Source of the DNA: Phycisphaerae bacterium
GTDB lineage: Bacteria > Planctomycetota > Phycisphaerae > Sedimentisphaerales > Anaerobacaceae
NCBI GenBank assembly: GCA_030619925.1
Contig: JAUXAL010000008.1
Coordinates: 1,509-65,508 of the forward strand
DNA: 64,000 bases
Direction of reading: 5' to 3'
Positions 44,980 to 53,624 of the stretch are shown here, piece by piece. Position 1 is the first letter of the stretch, and each line of letters opens with the position of its first letter. The notes under the pieces are model-generated. The model worked only from the letters and a program-made list of their open reading frames with translations, had not been told where the DNA came from and searched no databases. A program made the position numbers and the translations under genes.

Positions 44980-45693
44980 TCACAGCCCCATGAACTGAAT
45001 GGCCAGGCCACAAAGCAATATGGTTGCCCCCGCTATAACGTGAGCAAAGCGTTGCACCTTGGCCAAAGGTAGAAAATTCACTCCCGTACTCGCAAGAAGA
45101 ACAATTCCTAACATAGTAGCAATGGTTGCTATGCCGAACACAAGGGCAACTAACAGCACGCTGAAGAAACCGTTTTTCGCAGCCGGATACATCAGTATGG
45201 GAATCAAAGGCTCACACGGCCCGAAAACAAAAATGACAAACAGCGTCCACGGTGTGATGTTTGAAGTGTTTTTGCCGTTGTGAACATGACTGTGCTTTTG
45301 ATGATGACTATGCCGGTGCGCGTGCGCGGTCTCGCCTGTGTGAACATGGGTATGCATATGGGGCTGGTTCCGGTACGCCCGCCGCAATCCCCAGACCAGA
45401 TACGCCAGCCCGAAGGCGATAAGCAGCCACGCTGCCAAGTTGCCCCGCGCCGATTCGATGAGCTCCAGCTTTTTGACCGCCAGGCCCATCGACACCCCTA
45501 TCAAACCCAGCACCACTGAACTTGCTATATGCCCAAGACCGCACAAGAAAGTTATGAAAGTAGTTTTGACTCGTGACCACTTTCGTGCCCATGACATCAT
45601 GATAAAAGGGAGATAATGGTCCGGGCCCAGCACAGTGTGCAAAAAGCCTATGGAGGCAGCGGTAATAACAAGAGCACTCAGTTCCGCTGTCAT
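44980..45693 (-). CDS. His-rich-loop metal transporter (NicO/RcnA-like Ni/Co type, tentative)
   Basis: 6 TM segments, GFLHTVLGPDHYLPF N-terminal motif and central HMHTHVHTGETAHAHRHSHHQKHSHVH loop. Confidence 0.45.
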   Translation of the reverse strand: MTAELSALVITAASIGFLHTVLGPDHYLPFIMMSWARKWSRVKTTFITFLCGLGHIASSVVLGLIGVSMGLAVKKLELIESARGNLAAWLLIAFGLAYLVWGLRRAYRNQPHMHTHVHTGETAHAHRHSHHQKHSHVHNGKNTSNITPWTLFVIFVFGPCEPLIPILMYPAAKNGFFSVLLVALVFGIATIATMLGIVLLASTGVNFLPLAKVQRFAHVIAGATILLCGLAIQFMGL

Positions 45694-45844
45694 AGCTCAC
45701 TCCTCGAAAGAACTAATATTCATTGTTGAAGCTTGCGCATAAAAATAACGAATTTGTGCTATCCAGTCAAGAAAGTAATTGACAGAAAAACAAGAGTTTC
45801 TTAAATAAGCTCATTTGATAACGAAATGTTTTCGAGGAGATTAT

Positions 45845-46177
45845 ATGGCATCGCCGGAAAAAGTTCTCGTCATAGATTTGAACAAAAACGCCGAAAACCA
45901 AAAGCTCTTGGATGGCAAGCCGCAGACCTGCGGAATGCGCTCCGGCAGAGTATATTTGGCCCCCGGGCAGGCCTGCGGCCAACATAGTACCGCCAATAAG
46001 GAGGAAGTGCTCGTTTTTCTTGCCGGCCAAGGCGAGCTGCTGATTGGCGAAAATGGCTCTTTTCAAGTCGGCCAGGACAAGGTATCTTATATACCACCGC
46101 ATACGGGACACGACGTTAAAAATATCGGCACCGAACCACTTGTTTACATTTATTGCGTTGCTCCCGTAGTCGAATGA
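45845..46177 (+). CDS. cupin-domain protein
   Basis: G-x5-H-x-(n)-E ... PPHTGHDVKN pattern. Start set at ATG 45845 after a GAGGAGA RBS. Confidence 0.65.
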   Translation: MASPEKVLVIDLNKNAENQKLLDGKPQTCGMRSGRVYLAPGQACGQHSTANKEEVLVFLAGQGELLIGENGSFQVGQDKVSYIPPHTGHDVKNIGTEPLVYIYCVAPVVE

Positions 46178-46394
46178 TTAAGCGAATAAAAATCACGAAA
46201 CTTAGCCGAATAGCGATTTCTAAGGCCGGTAGGCGAAATTTCGGCTCCGGGATTGTCCCGGCCATCGGCCAATCGCTCAAGACCCAAATCGCCCTGATGG
46301 GGCGAAGAACGCCGAAGTTAGTAGGGCTTGAACAGTAAATTGCCAGAAAGTAAGAAATTTTTTGAAAAAATTAAAAAATTTTGAAAAAAAGTGC

Positions 46395-46422
46395 TTGCAA
46401 AAGTTGTTACGGCGCCTATAAT
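46395..46422 (+). promoter_or_regulatory. strong sigma70-like promoter
   Basis: TTGCAA - 16 nt - TATAAT, preceded by an A/T-rich UP-like tract (ttgaaaaaaattaaaaaattttgaaaaaaa). Confidence 0.55.
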
Positions 46423-46531
46423 TGAGATTGTATTAATAGCTCTTTTCTTCTCATACATCTTGGCTTTGGTGAGGCAGTAGATACTTTATAAGTTTGCAGT
46501 ATATCCTCTAAATGAAAACCTGTCTCACAAA

Positions 46532-46565
46532 GGCTGGAATCATCAGGGTTCCAGCCTTTTCTTTT
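46532..46565 (+). terminator. intrinsic terminator about 135 nt downstream of the 46395 promoter
   Basis: ggctggaa-tcatcaggg-ttccagcc followed by ttttctttt. Confidence 0.7.
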
Positions 46566-46883
46566 GCGCCTCTGACTCGCCCAGCTCATCGGCAGCTAAT
46601 CGAGCTGACGCCTGACTGCTCTTTCTGCAGGCGTATTCCATTAACTGCCTGATATTCCCTGATGAATACTGCCTTGAACCGGGTAAGGGCCTGCCGTAAC
46701 CCCAAAGCTCCAAAGCTCTTGCAATCTCAAATTTGCCTTGATAGCGATTTCGTCATCTGGTAAAATGGACAAGCCTGTGAAAGGAGAAGCTATTTGTATC
46801 CCTTTGCATGTGAACCACTCTGATTTGCCAAACTTATAAAGCGAAATTGCGTGAAATAAGATAGTAAAAGAAAGGGTAACATT

Positions 46884-47675
46884 ATGCACAAGGCAAGAGG
46901 GTTTACCTTGATAGAGCTTCTGGTGGTAATCGCCATCATTGCGTTATTGATGGCGATATTGATGCCGGCACTGCAGCGGGTCAAGCAACAAGCGAGGACG
47001 GCTGCTTGTCAATCGAAGCTGCACCAATGGAGCCTTGCCTTTTCGATGTATGCGACTCAGAACGATGGGCGTATGTTCGCAGCTTATCACGGCGGCGGCA
47101 CTACGGACAGCGACGTCTGGGGCAACGCCCTTCGGCCGTACTACAAGGAACCTGATCTGCGCCTGTGCCCAACGGCCATGAAGGCTTACGATGAGGGTGG
47201 CTCGGTCACATTTGGAGCCTATCGCAGGTCTCGCTTGCAACATCATAATGATCACGGTCTCGGAAGCTATGGGCTAAGTACCTGGGCCGGTAATGCTCCG
47301 CTGGGAATGGAGGCACATTACCAATATGAGACTAAATATCAGTGGAGGCGTTTCGATGTTAGGGATGCAGGTTACATACCGCTGTTGATGGATGCCCAGT
47401 GGGTCGATGGCTGGGCAATGGCCGTCGATGAACCGCCGGAATATAGTGGTGAGCCGTGGCAGGCCCGCGGCGGTCACACCGGTGGTCTCAGGCGTTTCTG
47501 CGTCAACCGACACAACGGCTTCACAAACGGTCTTTTTATGGATTTCTCTGTCAGGAAGATTGGACTTAAGGAGTTGTGGGAGCTTAAGTGGCATCGAAAT
47601 TGGACCGAAGAGAGAGCCAACGCCGGCACGCCCGTATGGCCGGATTGGATGAGGAATTTTAAAGACTACGACTGA
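46884..47675 (+). CDS. prepilin-leader protein, DUF1559/H-X9-DG-like family (paralog 1 of 8)
   Basis: [30 protein letters not shown] (prepilin cleavage/methylation motif). C-terminal NRH-x9-DF and GLKELWELKWH motifs. Confidence 0.85.
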   Translation: MHKARGFTLIELLVVIAIIALLMAILMPALQRVKQQARTAACQSKLHQWSLAFSMYATQNDGRMFAAYHGGGTTDSDVWGNALRPYYKEPDLRLCPTAMKAYDEGGSVTFGAYRRSRLQHHNDHGLGSYGLSTWAGNAPLGMEAHYQYETKYQWRRFDVRDAGYIPLLMDAQWVDGWAMAVDEPPEYSGEPWQARGGHTGGLRRFCVNRHNGFTNGLFMDFSVRKIGLKELWELKWHRNWTEERANAGTPVWPDWMRNFKDYD

Positions 47676-47900
47676 AAATGATTATTAGAAAAAAGCGGGC
47701 AAAAGAGTCCTGATTTTGTCATACTTATAAAACAGGATTATCAAAAGTAAAGTAGTTCTGAAAGGAAAGCAGGAAGGAGTGGAAACACTCTGGGAATATC
47801 CGGGAAAATGTTGGTCCAAGTCCCCTAGCAATCCCCACCCGGAGGGTCTGGCTAGGCCTGCTTTCCTTCTCCTACGAGGAGATATGCAAGGAACACTATC

Positions 47901-48746
47901 ATGGGTAAACCAAGAGGTTTTACATTAATTGAGCTTTTGGTGGTAATCGCCATAATTGCGCTGTTGATGGCGATATTGATGCCGGCGCTCCAGCGGGTAA
48001 AGCATCAGGCAAGGACAGTCGCCTGTCAGGCCTTGCTGAAACAATGGGGCGTTATCTGGTCGATGTATTGCGATGATAACGATGGCAATTTCAGCAGAGG
48101 TCTTGTTGGCGGCTCTGGATGGCATCGTGGAGAATGGATAATTTGCCTGCGGTCTCTGTACCAGACAAAGACAGATATTCTCCGGTGCCCGTCGGCCACT
48201 AAACGGCACCCTAATGGAAACCAGTGGGGCAGCACGTTCTACACCTACTATATGCCGTTGGGCGGAAGCGGCAGCATAGGAGGCGGTGAAGAACCCAGCT
48301 ACGGGGGAAACAACTGGATTTATGACCCGGCGGCGGGCACAAGCGCGATTCAGGGCCGACCGGCTGCATGGAACTGGAGGACCAAAAACGTCAAAGGTGC
48401 GGCCCTCGCACCGGTCTTCGCAGATGCCATGTGGAGAGGAGGCGGGCCTTGCTATCGTACTAATGAGAGTGGTCCACTCGACCCTAAATTCAACCGCATC
48501 ATTCCGCCCGAATACGACGGTCAATGGATCAACTACTCCAACGAAATGATGCACTTCGCCATCGACCGACACAACGCGTTTGTAAACCACCTTTTCATGG
48601 ATTGGTCCGTCAGAAGAGTTGGTATTAAGGAGTTGTGGAAGCTCAAGTGGCATCGCCGGTTCAGCGTAAACGGCCCTTGGACCAAAGTCGGTGGTGTCCA
48701 GCCCAGCGATTGGCCTCATTGGATGAGAAAGTTTAAAGAGCACTAA
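47901..48746 (+). CDS. prepilin-leader protein, DUF1559/H-X9-DG-like family (paralog 2)
   Basis: [33 protein letters not shown]-x9-DW, GIKELWKLKWH. Confidence 0.85.
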   Translation: MGKPRGFTLIELLVVIAIIALLMAILMPALQRVKHQARTVACQALLKQWGVIWSMYCDDNDGNFSRGLVGGSGWHRGEWIICLRSLYQTKTDILRCPSATKRHPNGNQWGSTFYTYYMPLGGSGSIGGGEEPSYGGNNWIYDPAAGTSAIQGRPAAWNWRTKNVKGAALAPVFADAMWRGGGPCYRTNESGPLDPKFNRIIPPEYDGQWINYSNEMMHFAIDRHNAFVNHLFMDWSVRRVGIKELWKLKWHRRFSVNGPWTKVGGVQPSDWPHWMRKFKEH

Positions 48747-48877
48747 GAAAATCACCGCTGCACAAAAGAGCGCAACTGCCAAAAAGTTGATAGAAAACAC
48801 CCTATGGCAAGGCTGCGATTCACCGGCTTTAGGGCGGGAGAACCATATTTTGATACTTCGCATTAACAAGTTTAATA

Positions 48878-48906
48878 TTGCAAAAAAAACAGATTCAAGG
48901 TATAAT
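48878..48906 (+). promoter_or_regulatory. sigma70-like promoter upstream of paralog 3
   Basis: TTGCAA - 17 nt - TATAAT, 30 nt upstream of ATG 48936. Confidence 0.55.
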
Positions 48907-48935
48907 ACCTCCCAGCAAGGGGAAAGGGTGCTGGT

Positions 48936-49904
48936 ATGAACAAATCAAGGGGTTTTACCCCGTTAGAAATCAGTCGAACTTGTCTGACGACAGTCAAGAT
49001 TCGGAAGGTATCAGAGCTTCGAGCGGGATTTCTAACGGGCCCCGTTAGAGACCCGAAGGACAAAGGTTCTAACGGGGCGGGGTTTACATTAATAGAGCTT
49101 TTGGTGGTAATTGCTATTATTGCATTACTGATGGCGATCTTGATGCCCTCACTGCAGCGCGTAAAGAAACAGGCAAAGGCAGTTGTTTGCCGGTCGAACT
49201 TGAAGCAATGGGGTGTCGTCTTTGCGATGTATACCGGCGACAACGACGGCTCTTTCCCCAGTGGTGATGTTGATAACGCCCCCATTAAGGATCCGACGGG
49301 GCTGTGGATGTATGCGCTACGGCCGTACTACAGTGACGGACAGCTACGCCTCTGCCCAATGGCCACGAAACCTTGGACGAAGGGAGCCCGGCAGCCGTTT
49401 GCAGCCTGGGGGCCTATCTCCTCCTATGAGCCCGGCTACTGGCCTACTGAGCCCGACACTCCAGCGGCTAATTACCTCAGCTATGGGCTGAATGACTGGG
49501 TTCGCAATACTCCACAGAAGTCTTCTCGCGGACTGGGTGGTATAGATAGACTTCCCTTGCTCTGGAGGACTCCCAATGTTAAAGGTGCAGGTAATATACC
49601 GGTGCTTTTGGACAGCTCCTTTTTCGGGTCCGATCCATACCACACCGATCAACCTCCGGAATATGATGGTAATGTGGTGGTGGAATTCAATCAAAATGAA
49701 ATGAAGCGTTTCTGCCTCAACCGACACCAAAATGGGACGACAAACGGCGTTTTTGTGGATTGGTCTGTCAGAGAGATTGGGCTTAAGGAGTTGTGGAAGC
49801 TCAAGTGGCATCGAGAGTTCGACATATCCGGCCCCTGGACCCAAGCCGGTGGCGTCCGGCCGAGCGATTGGCCCGAATGGATGAAAAGGTTTAAAGACTA
49901 CTGA
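48936..49904 (+). CDS. prepilin-leader protein (paralog 3) with a 43-codon insertion in the leader
   Basis: MNKSRGFT[PLE...SNGAGFT]LIELLVV, NRH-x10-DW, GLKELWKLKWH. Near-identical to paralog 6 over most of its length. Confidence 0.8.
   Translation: MNKSRGFTPLEISRTCLTTVKIRKVSELRAGFLTGPVRDPKDKGSNGAGFTLIELLVVIAIIALLMAILMPSLQRVKKQAKAVVCRSNLKQWGVVFAMYTGDNDGSFPSGDVDNAPIKDPTGLWMYALRPYYSDGQLRLCPMATKPWTKGARQPFAAWGPISSYEPGYWPTEPDTPAANYLSYGLNDWVRNTPQKSSRGLGGIDRLPLLWRTPNVKGAGNIPVLLDSSFFGSDPYHTDQPPEYDGNVVVEFNQNEMKRFCLNRHQNGTTNGVFVDWSVREIGLKELWKLKWHREFDISGPWTQAGGVRPSDWPEWMKRFKDY
48959..49077. mobile_element. two adjacent hairpin (MITE-like) elements with CCGTTAGA(A) terminal inverted repeats, in frame in the leader of paralog 3
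   Basis: Unit A has a 13-bp perfect stem, cccgttagaaatc (48959-48971) / gatttctaacggg (49027-49039). Unit B has a 10-bp perfect stem, ccccgttaga (49040-49049) / tctaacgggg (49068-49077). Confidence 0.7.
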
Positions 49905-50009
49905 AAATAACCGTCCCGCAAAAACGAACAAAAAAATACGATTTTGCCGAACTTATACAACAAAATTGCGAAAAGGAAAGCGGCGAAAAGACACCGAAGG
50001 AGTATTGGA

Positions 50010-50933
50010 ATGGATAAACGAAAAGGGTTTACCCCGTTAGAAAGAAATCGGATTCGGAAGGTACCAGAGCTTCGAGGGCGAGTTCTCCGCAGTCCACAGG
50101 ATGGCCAAGCCCAGATGGCCAAGCCCATAACGGGGTTTACCTTAATAGAACTTTTGGTTGTAATCGCCATTATTGCGTTACTGATGGCGATCTTGATGCC
50201 CGCACTACAGCGGGTAAAGAAACAGGCACGAGGGGTCGCTTGCCAGATGAACCTCAAACAGTGGGGCATTATCTGGGCAATGTATTGTGGCGATAACGAC
50301 GGCTACTGGCTTAGCGGCGAAGGCCGTGGCAGCGGCAGATGGTGGTTCCAGCCGATGAGTGAGCTCTACACTGTTGAGGCAAAGATACGGGTCTGTCCCC
50401 AGGCCGCTAAACCTTCCGGTCGCGGGAAAATAGGTGCGTGGGCGGATCATGCTTGGATAGTCACAGACCCAGGCATTGAATATATAGGCAGCTACGGCCC
50501 GAATGGGTGGATGTGCAACCATCGGCCGGGAGCGTCAACAGTATGGAGCCGCCCGACTAAGGATAGTCAAGGCAGGCTGATGCATTGGAAGACCCCCAAT
50601 GTTCAGGGTGCGGACAATATACCGTTATTTACCGGTAGTTGGTGGGTTGATGCCTGGCCAAGGGACAATGACCAACCTCCTGATATTACAGCCACCTACG
50701 CGGCGATCCCGGATAGGCCTAATACAAATGAAATGGAGCGCAATTGCGTCAACCGGCACGGTGGATTCTTAAACGGCCTTTTTTGCGATTGGTCCGCCAG
50801 AAAAATTGGACTTAAGGAGCTCTGGACATTAAAGTGGCATAGAACTTACGACATAAACGGCCCCTGGACCAAAGCCGGCAATGCCCAGCCAAGCGACTGG
50901 CCGATGTGGATGAGAAGCTTTAAGGATTACTAA
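50010..50933 (+). CDS. prepilin-leader protein (paralog 4) with a 36-codon insertion in the leader
   Basis: AAGGAG RBS then MDKRKGFT[PLERN...KPITGFT]LIELLVV, NRH-x9-DW. An alternative internal start, [14 protein letters not shown], is possible. Confidence 0.8.
   Translation: MDKRKGFTPLERNRIRKVPELRGRVLRSPQDGQAQMAKPITGFTLIELLVVIAIIALLMAILMPALQRVKKQARGVACQMNLKQWGIIWAMYCGDNDGYWLSGEGRGSGRWWFQPMSELYTVEAKIRVCPQAAKPSGRGKIGAWADHAWIVTDPGIEYIGSYGPNGWMCNHRPGASTVWSRPTKDSQGRLMHWKTPNVQGADNIPLFTGSWWVDAWPRDNDQPPDITATYAAIPDRPNTNEMERNCVNRHGGFLNGLFCDWSARKIGLKELWTLKWHRTYDINGPWTKAGNAQPSDWPMWMRSFKDY
50034..50132. mobile_element. 99-nt insertion flanked by the 9-bp direct repeat GGGTTTACC, with termini CCGTTAG / ATAACGG
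   Basis: GGGTTTACC at 50025-50033 and 50133-50141. The interior shares gattcggaaggtaYcagagcttcgag with the element in paralog 3. Confidence 0.7.
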
Positions 50934-50977
50934 TAACGCTTCCAACGCAACGAAGGGATACGAAACGAATATCATTT

Positions 50978-51796
50978 ATGAACAAACAAAAAGGGTTCAC
51001 CTTAATAGAACTTTTGGTGGTAATCGCTATCATTGCGCTGTTGATGGCCATATTGATGCCGGCGCTGCAGCGTGTCAAGAAACAGGCAAAAGCCGTTGTT
51101 TGCCAGTCAAACCTCAAGCAATGGGGCACTATCTTTGCCATGTACACCAACGACAACAACGGCTTCTTTTCCAGACGCACGCAGTCGGGCGGTCGTTGGA
51201 TAAATGTCCTGTACGACTACTACTATCGGGAGGAGAAGATACGCGTCTGCCCGATGGCGACAAAAATTAAGGTCCCGTACCCGCCCGGGTCCACTAGCAC
51301 ACTTGTAGTAGGTGGCGACAAATTTACGTCATGGGGCAAGATCGGTATGACGCCAAACGAAAGTTGGGGGCCAGTCGGTACCTACGGCAGCTACGGGATA
51401 AATGGCTACCTTTATGTGCCAGGGAGCGACCCATTGTACGGAAAGCCGGCTGATTATTACTGGAGAACTCCTAATGTCAAGGGTGGATATAATATACCGA
51501 TGTTTCTGGACGGCTGGTTCTTTTGCGGCTGGCCAGAGCATACCAATACCCCCCCGAACTACGATGGAGACAGATGGGCAAGTGACGCAAATGCAATGAA
51601 CCGTTTCTGCATCAACCGTCACGACGGATTCATAAACGGCCTTTTTTGCGATTGGTCCGCCAGAAAAATTGGACTTAAGGAGCTCTGGACATTAAAGTGG
51701 CATAGAACTTACGACATAAACGGTCCCTGGACCAAAGCCGGCAATGCCCAGCCAAGCGACTGGCCGATGTGGATGAGAAGCTTTAAGGATTACTGA
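50978..51796 (+). CDS. prepilin-leader protein (paralog 5)
   Basis: [33 protein letters not shown]-x9-DW. The last 162 nt are virtually identical to paralog 4. Confidence 0.85.
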   Translation: MNKQKGFTLIELLVVIAIIALLMAILMPALQRVKKQAKAVVCQSNLKQWGTIFAMYTNDNNGFFSRRTQSGGRWINVLYDYYYREEKIRVCPMATKIKVPYPPGSTSTLVVGGDKFTSWGKIGMTPNESWGPVGTYGSYGINGYLYVPGSDPLYGKPADYYWRTPNVKGGYNIPMFLDGWFFCGWPEHTNTPPNYDGDRWASDANAMNRFCINRHDGFINGLFCDWSARKIGLKELWTLKWHRTYDINGPWTKAGNAQPSDWPMWMRSFKDY

Positions 51797-51840
51797 TAAC
51801 GTTTCCAAAGCGGCGAGGAGATACAGAGCGAATGTCATTT

Positions 51841-52698
51841 ATGAACAAACTAAAAGGGTTTACCCGCCATACGCGTGGCGGGTTTACCTTAATAGAACTT
51901 TTGGTGGTAATCGCTATCATTGCGCTATTGATGGCGATACTAATGCCCGCACTGCAGCGGGTGAAGAAGCAGGCACAAGCAGTTAAGTGTCAGGCACACC
52001 TTAAACAATGGGGTGTCGTCTTTGCGATGTATACCGGCGACAACGACGGCTCTTTCCCCAGTGGTGATAACACCGCTCCTAATGATCCGACGGGAATGTG
52101 GATGTATGTGCTACGGCCGTACTACAGTGACGGACAGCTACGCCTCTGCCCAATGGCCACGAAACCTTCGAATAAGGGAGCCCGGCAGCCGTTTGCAGCG
52201 TGGGGGCCCATCTCCTCCTATGAGCCCGGCTACTGGCCTACTGAGCCCGACACTCCAGCGGCTAATTACCTCAGCTATGGGCTGAATGACTGGGTTCGCA
52301 ATGATCCACGGACGTCTTCTCGTGGACTGGGTGGTATAGATAGACTTCCCTTGCTCTGGAGGACTCCCAATGTTAAAGGTGCAGGTAATATACCGGTGCT
52401 TTTGGACAGCTCCTTTTTCGGGTCCGATCCATACCACACTGATCAACCTCCGGAATATGATGGTAATGTGGTGGTGGAATTCAATCAAAATGAAATGAAG
52501 CGTTTCTGCCTCAACCGACACCAAAATGGGACGACAAACGGCGTTTTTGCGGATTGGTCTGTCAGAGAGATTGGGCTTAAGGAGTTGTGGAAGCTCAAGT
52601 GGCATCGAGAGTTCGACATATCCGGCCCCTGGACCCAAGCCGGCGGCGTCCAACCGGGCGACTGGCCGCTATGGATGAGAAACTTTAAGGATTACTAA
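51841..52698 (+). CDS. prepilin-leader protein (paralog 6) with an 8-codon leader insertion
   Basis: MNKLKGFT[RHTRGGFT]LIELLVV. Start set at the ATGAAC conserved with paralogs 5 and 7. Confidence 0.85.
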   Translation: MNKLKGFTRHTRGGFTLIELLVVIAIIALLMAILMPALQRVKKQAQAVKCQAHLKQWGVVFAMYTGDNDGSFPSGDNTAPNDPTGMWMYVLRPYYSDGQLRLCPMATKPSNKGARQPFAAWGPISSYEPGYWPTEPDTPAANYLSYGLNDWVRNDPRTSSRGLGGIDRLPLLWRTPNVKGAGNIPVLLDSSFFGSDPYHTDQPPEYDGNVVVEFNQNEMKRFCLNRHQNGTTNGVFADWSVREIGLKELWKLKWHREFDISGPWTQAGGVQPGDWPLWMRNFKDY

Positions 52699-52742
52699 TA
52701 ACGCTTCCAAAGCAACGAAGAGATACGGAACAAATATCATTT

Positions 52743-53525
52743 ATGAACAAACAAAAAGGGTTTACCTTGATTGAACTTTTGGTGGTAATTGCTATCATTG
52801 CGCTGTTGATGGCGATATTAATGCCGGTACTGCAGCGGGTGAAGAAGCAGGCACAGGCAGTTAGGTGTCGGGCACACCTTAAACAATGGGGGGTCGTTTT
52901 TGCGATGTACACCGGCGACAACGACAACAAATTCATGCACTGGAATGCAGGCGTATGGGTGGAACCGCTCAGGCCCTATTATAAAGACGTTGGTGAGGCA
53001 ATGCGTGTCTGTCCGACAGCTACAAGGAGTCTTGAGGAAGGAGCTCTTCATACGTTTGCCGCGTGGGACAGGGTAAATACGTACACCAAGGATGAGAGGG
53101 TTTATCGCGGCAGCCTTGGTATCAACAACTGGGTTTATAACCGGCCGCCGGGCGCAGACACCTCAGCTCTTATGTGGGGCAATCCCTCTGCCAATAACTG
53201 GACGGTTACCGAGATTAAAGGCGCCAACAATGTACCGCTGTTTCAAGATTGCTGGCGCTGGGGCGGTGCTCCATATGACACACGGGATAGCGCTTCTCCA
53301 AGCGGCTGGAATGAGCCTCCCCCGTATGAAGACATTTTCACGAATGGTTTTGGGCGTTTCTGTCTGAACCGGCACAATGGGACAATTAATGGCTGTTTTG
53401 TGGATTTCACTGTCAGAGCAATAGGGCTAAAGGAAATGTGGAGGCTTAAGTGGCATAGAGTATTCGATATACATGCTGAGTCGCCGGTTTGGCCGGAATG
53501 GATGAACAATTTCAGGGATTACTGA
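52743..53525 (+). CDS. prepilin-leader protein (paralog 7)
   Basis: [33 protein letters not shown]-x9-DF, GLKEMWRLKWH. Confidence 0.85.
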   Translation: MNKQKGFTLIELLVVIAIIALLMAILMPVLQRVKKQAQAVRCRAHLKQWGVVFAMYTGDNDNKFMHWNAGVWVEPLRPYYKDVGEAMRVCPTATRSLEEGALHTFAAWDRVNTYTKDERVYRGSLGINNWVYNRPPGADTSALMWGNPSANNWTVTEIKGANNVPLFQDCWRWGGAPYDTRDSASPSGWNEPPPYEDIFTNGFGRFCLNRHNGTINGCFVDFTVRAIGLKEMWRLKWHRVFDIHAESPVWPEWMNNFRDY

Positions 53526-53624
53526 GAAACAACCCTTGCACAAAAACCCACAAAAGATTATACTGGACTTGCAAGACAAAACTGCAAAAAGTAAACCAGC
53601 GAAGAATACAGAAGGAGTATCATT

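Noticed and set aside
45767-46111. 114-aa minus-strand ORF
   Set aside because: It is antisense to the cupin gene, which has an RBS and cupin motifs.
46641-46889. 82-aa minus-strand ORF upstream of paralog 1
   Set aside because: It has no RBS or motif and overlaps the start of the pilin-like gene. It could be a gene remnant, but that cannot be supported.
47925-48869. 314-aa minus-strand ORF, and similar ones at 49344..49931, 52138..52653 and 53958..54386
   Set aside because: These are antisense shadows of the prepilin-leader genes. They arise because the paralogs lack stop codons on the opposite strand, and their identity between copies simply mirrors the sense-strand duplication.
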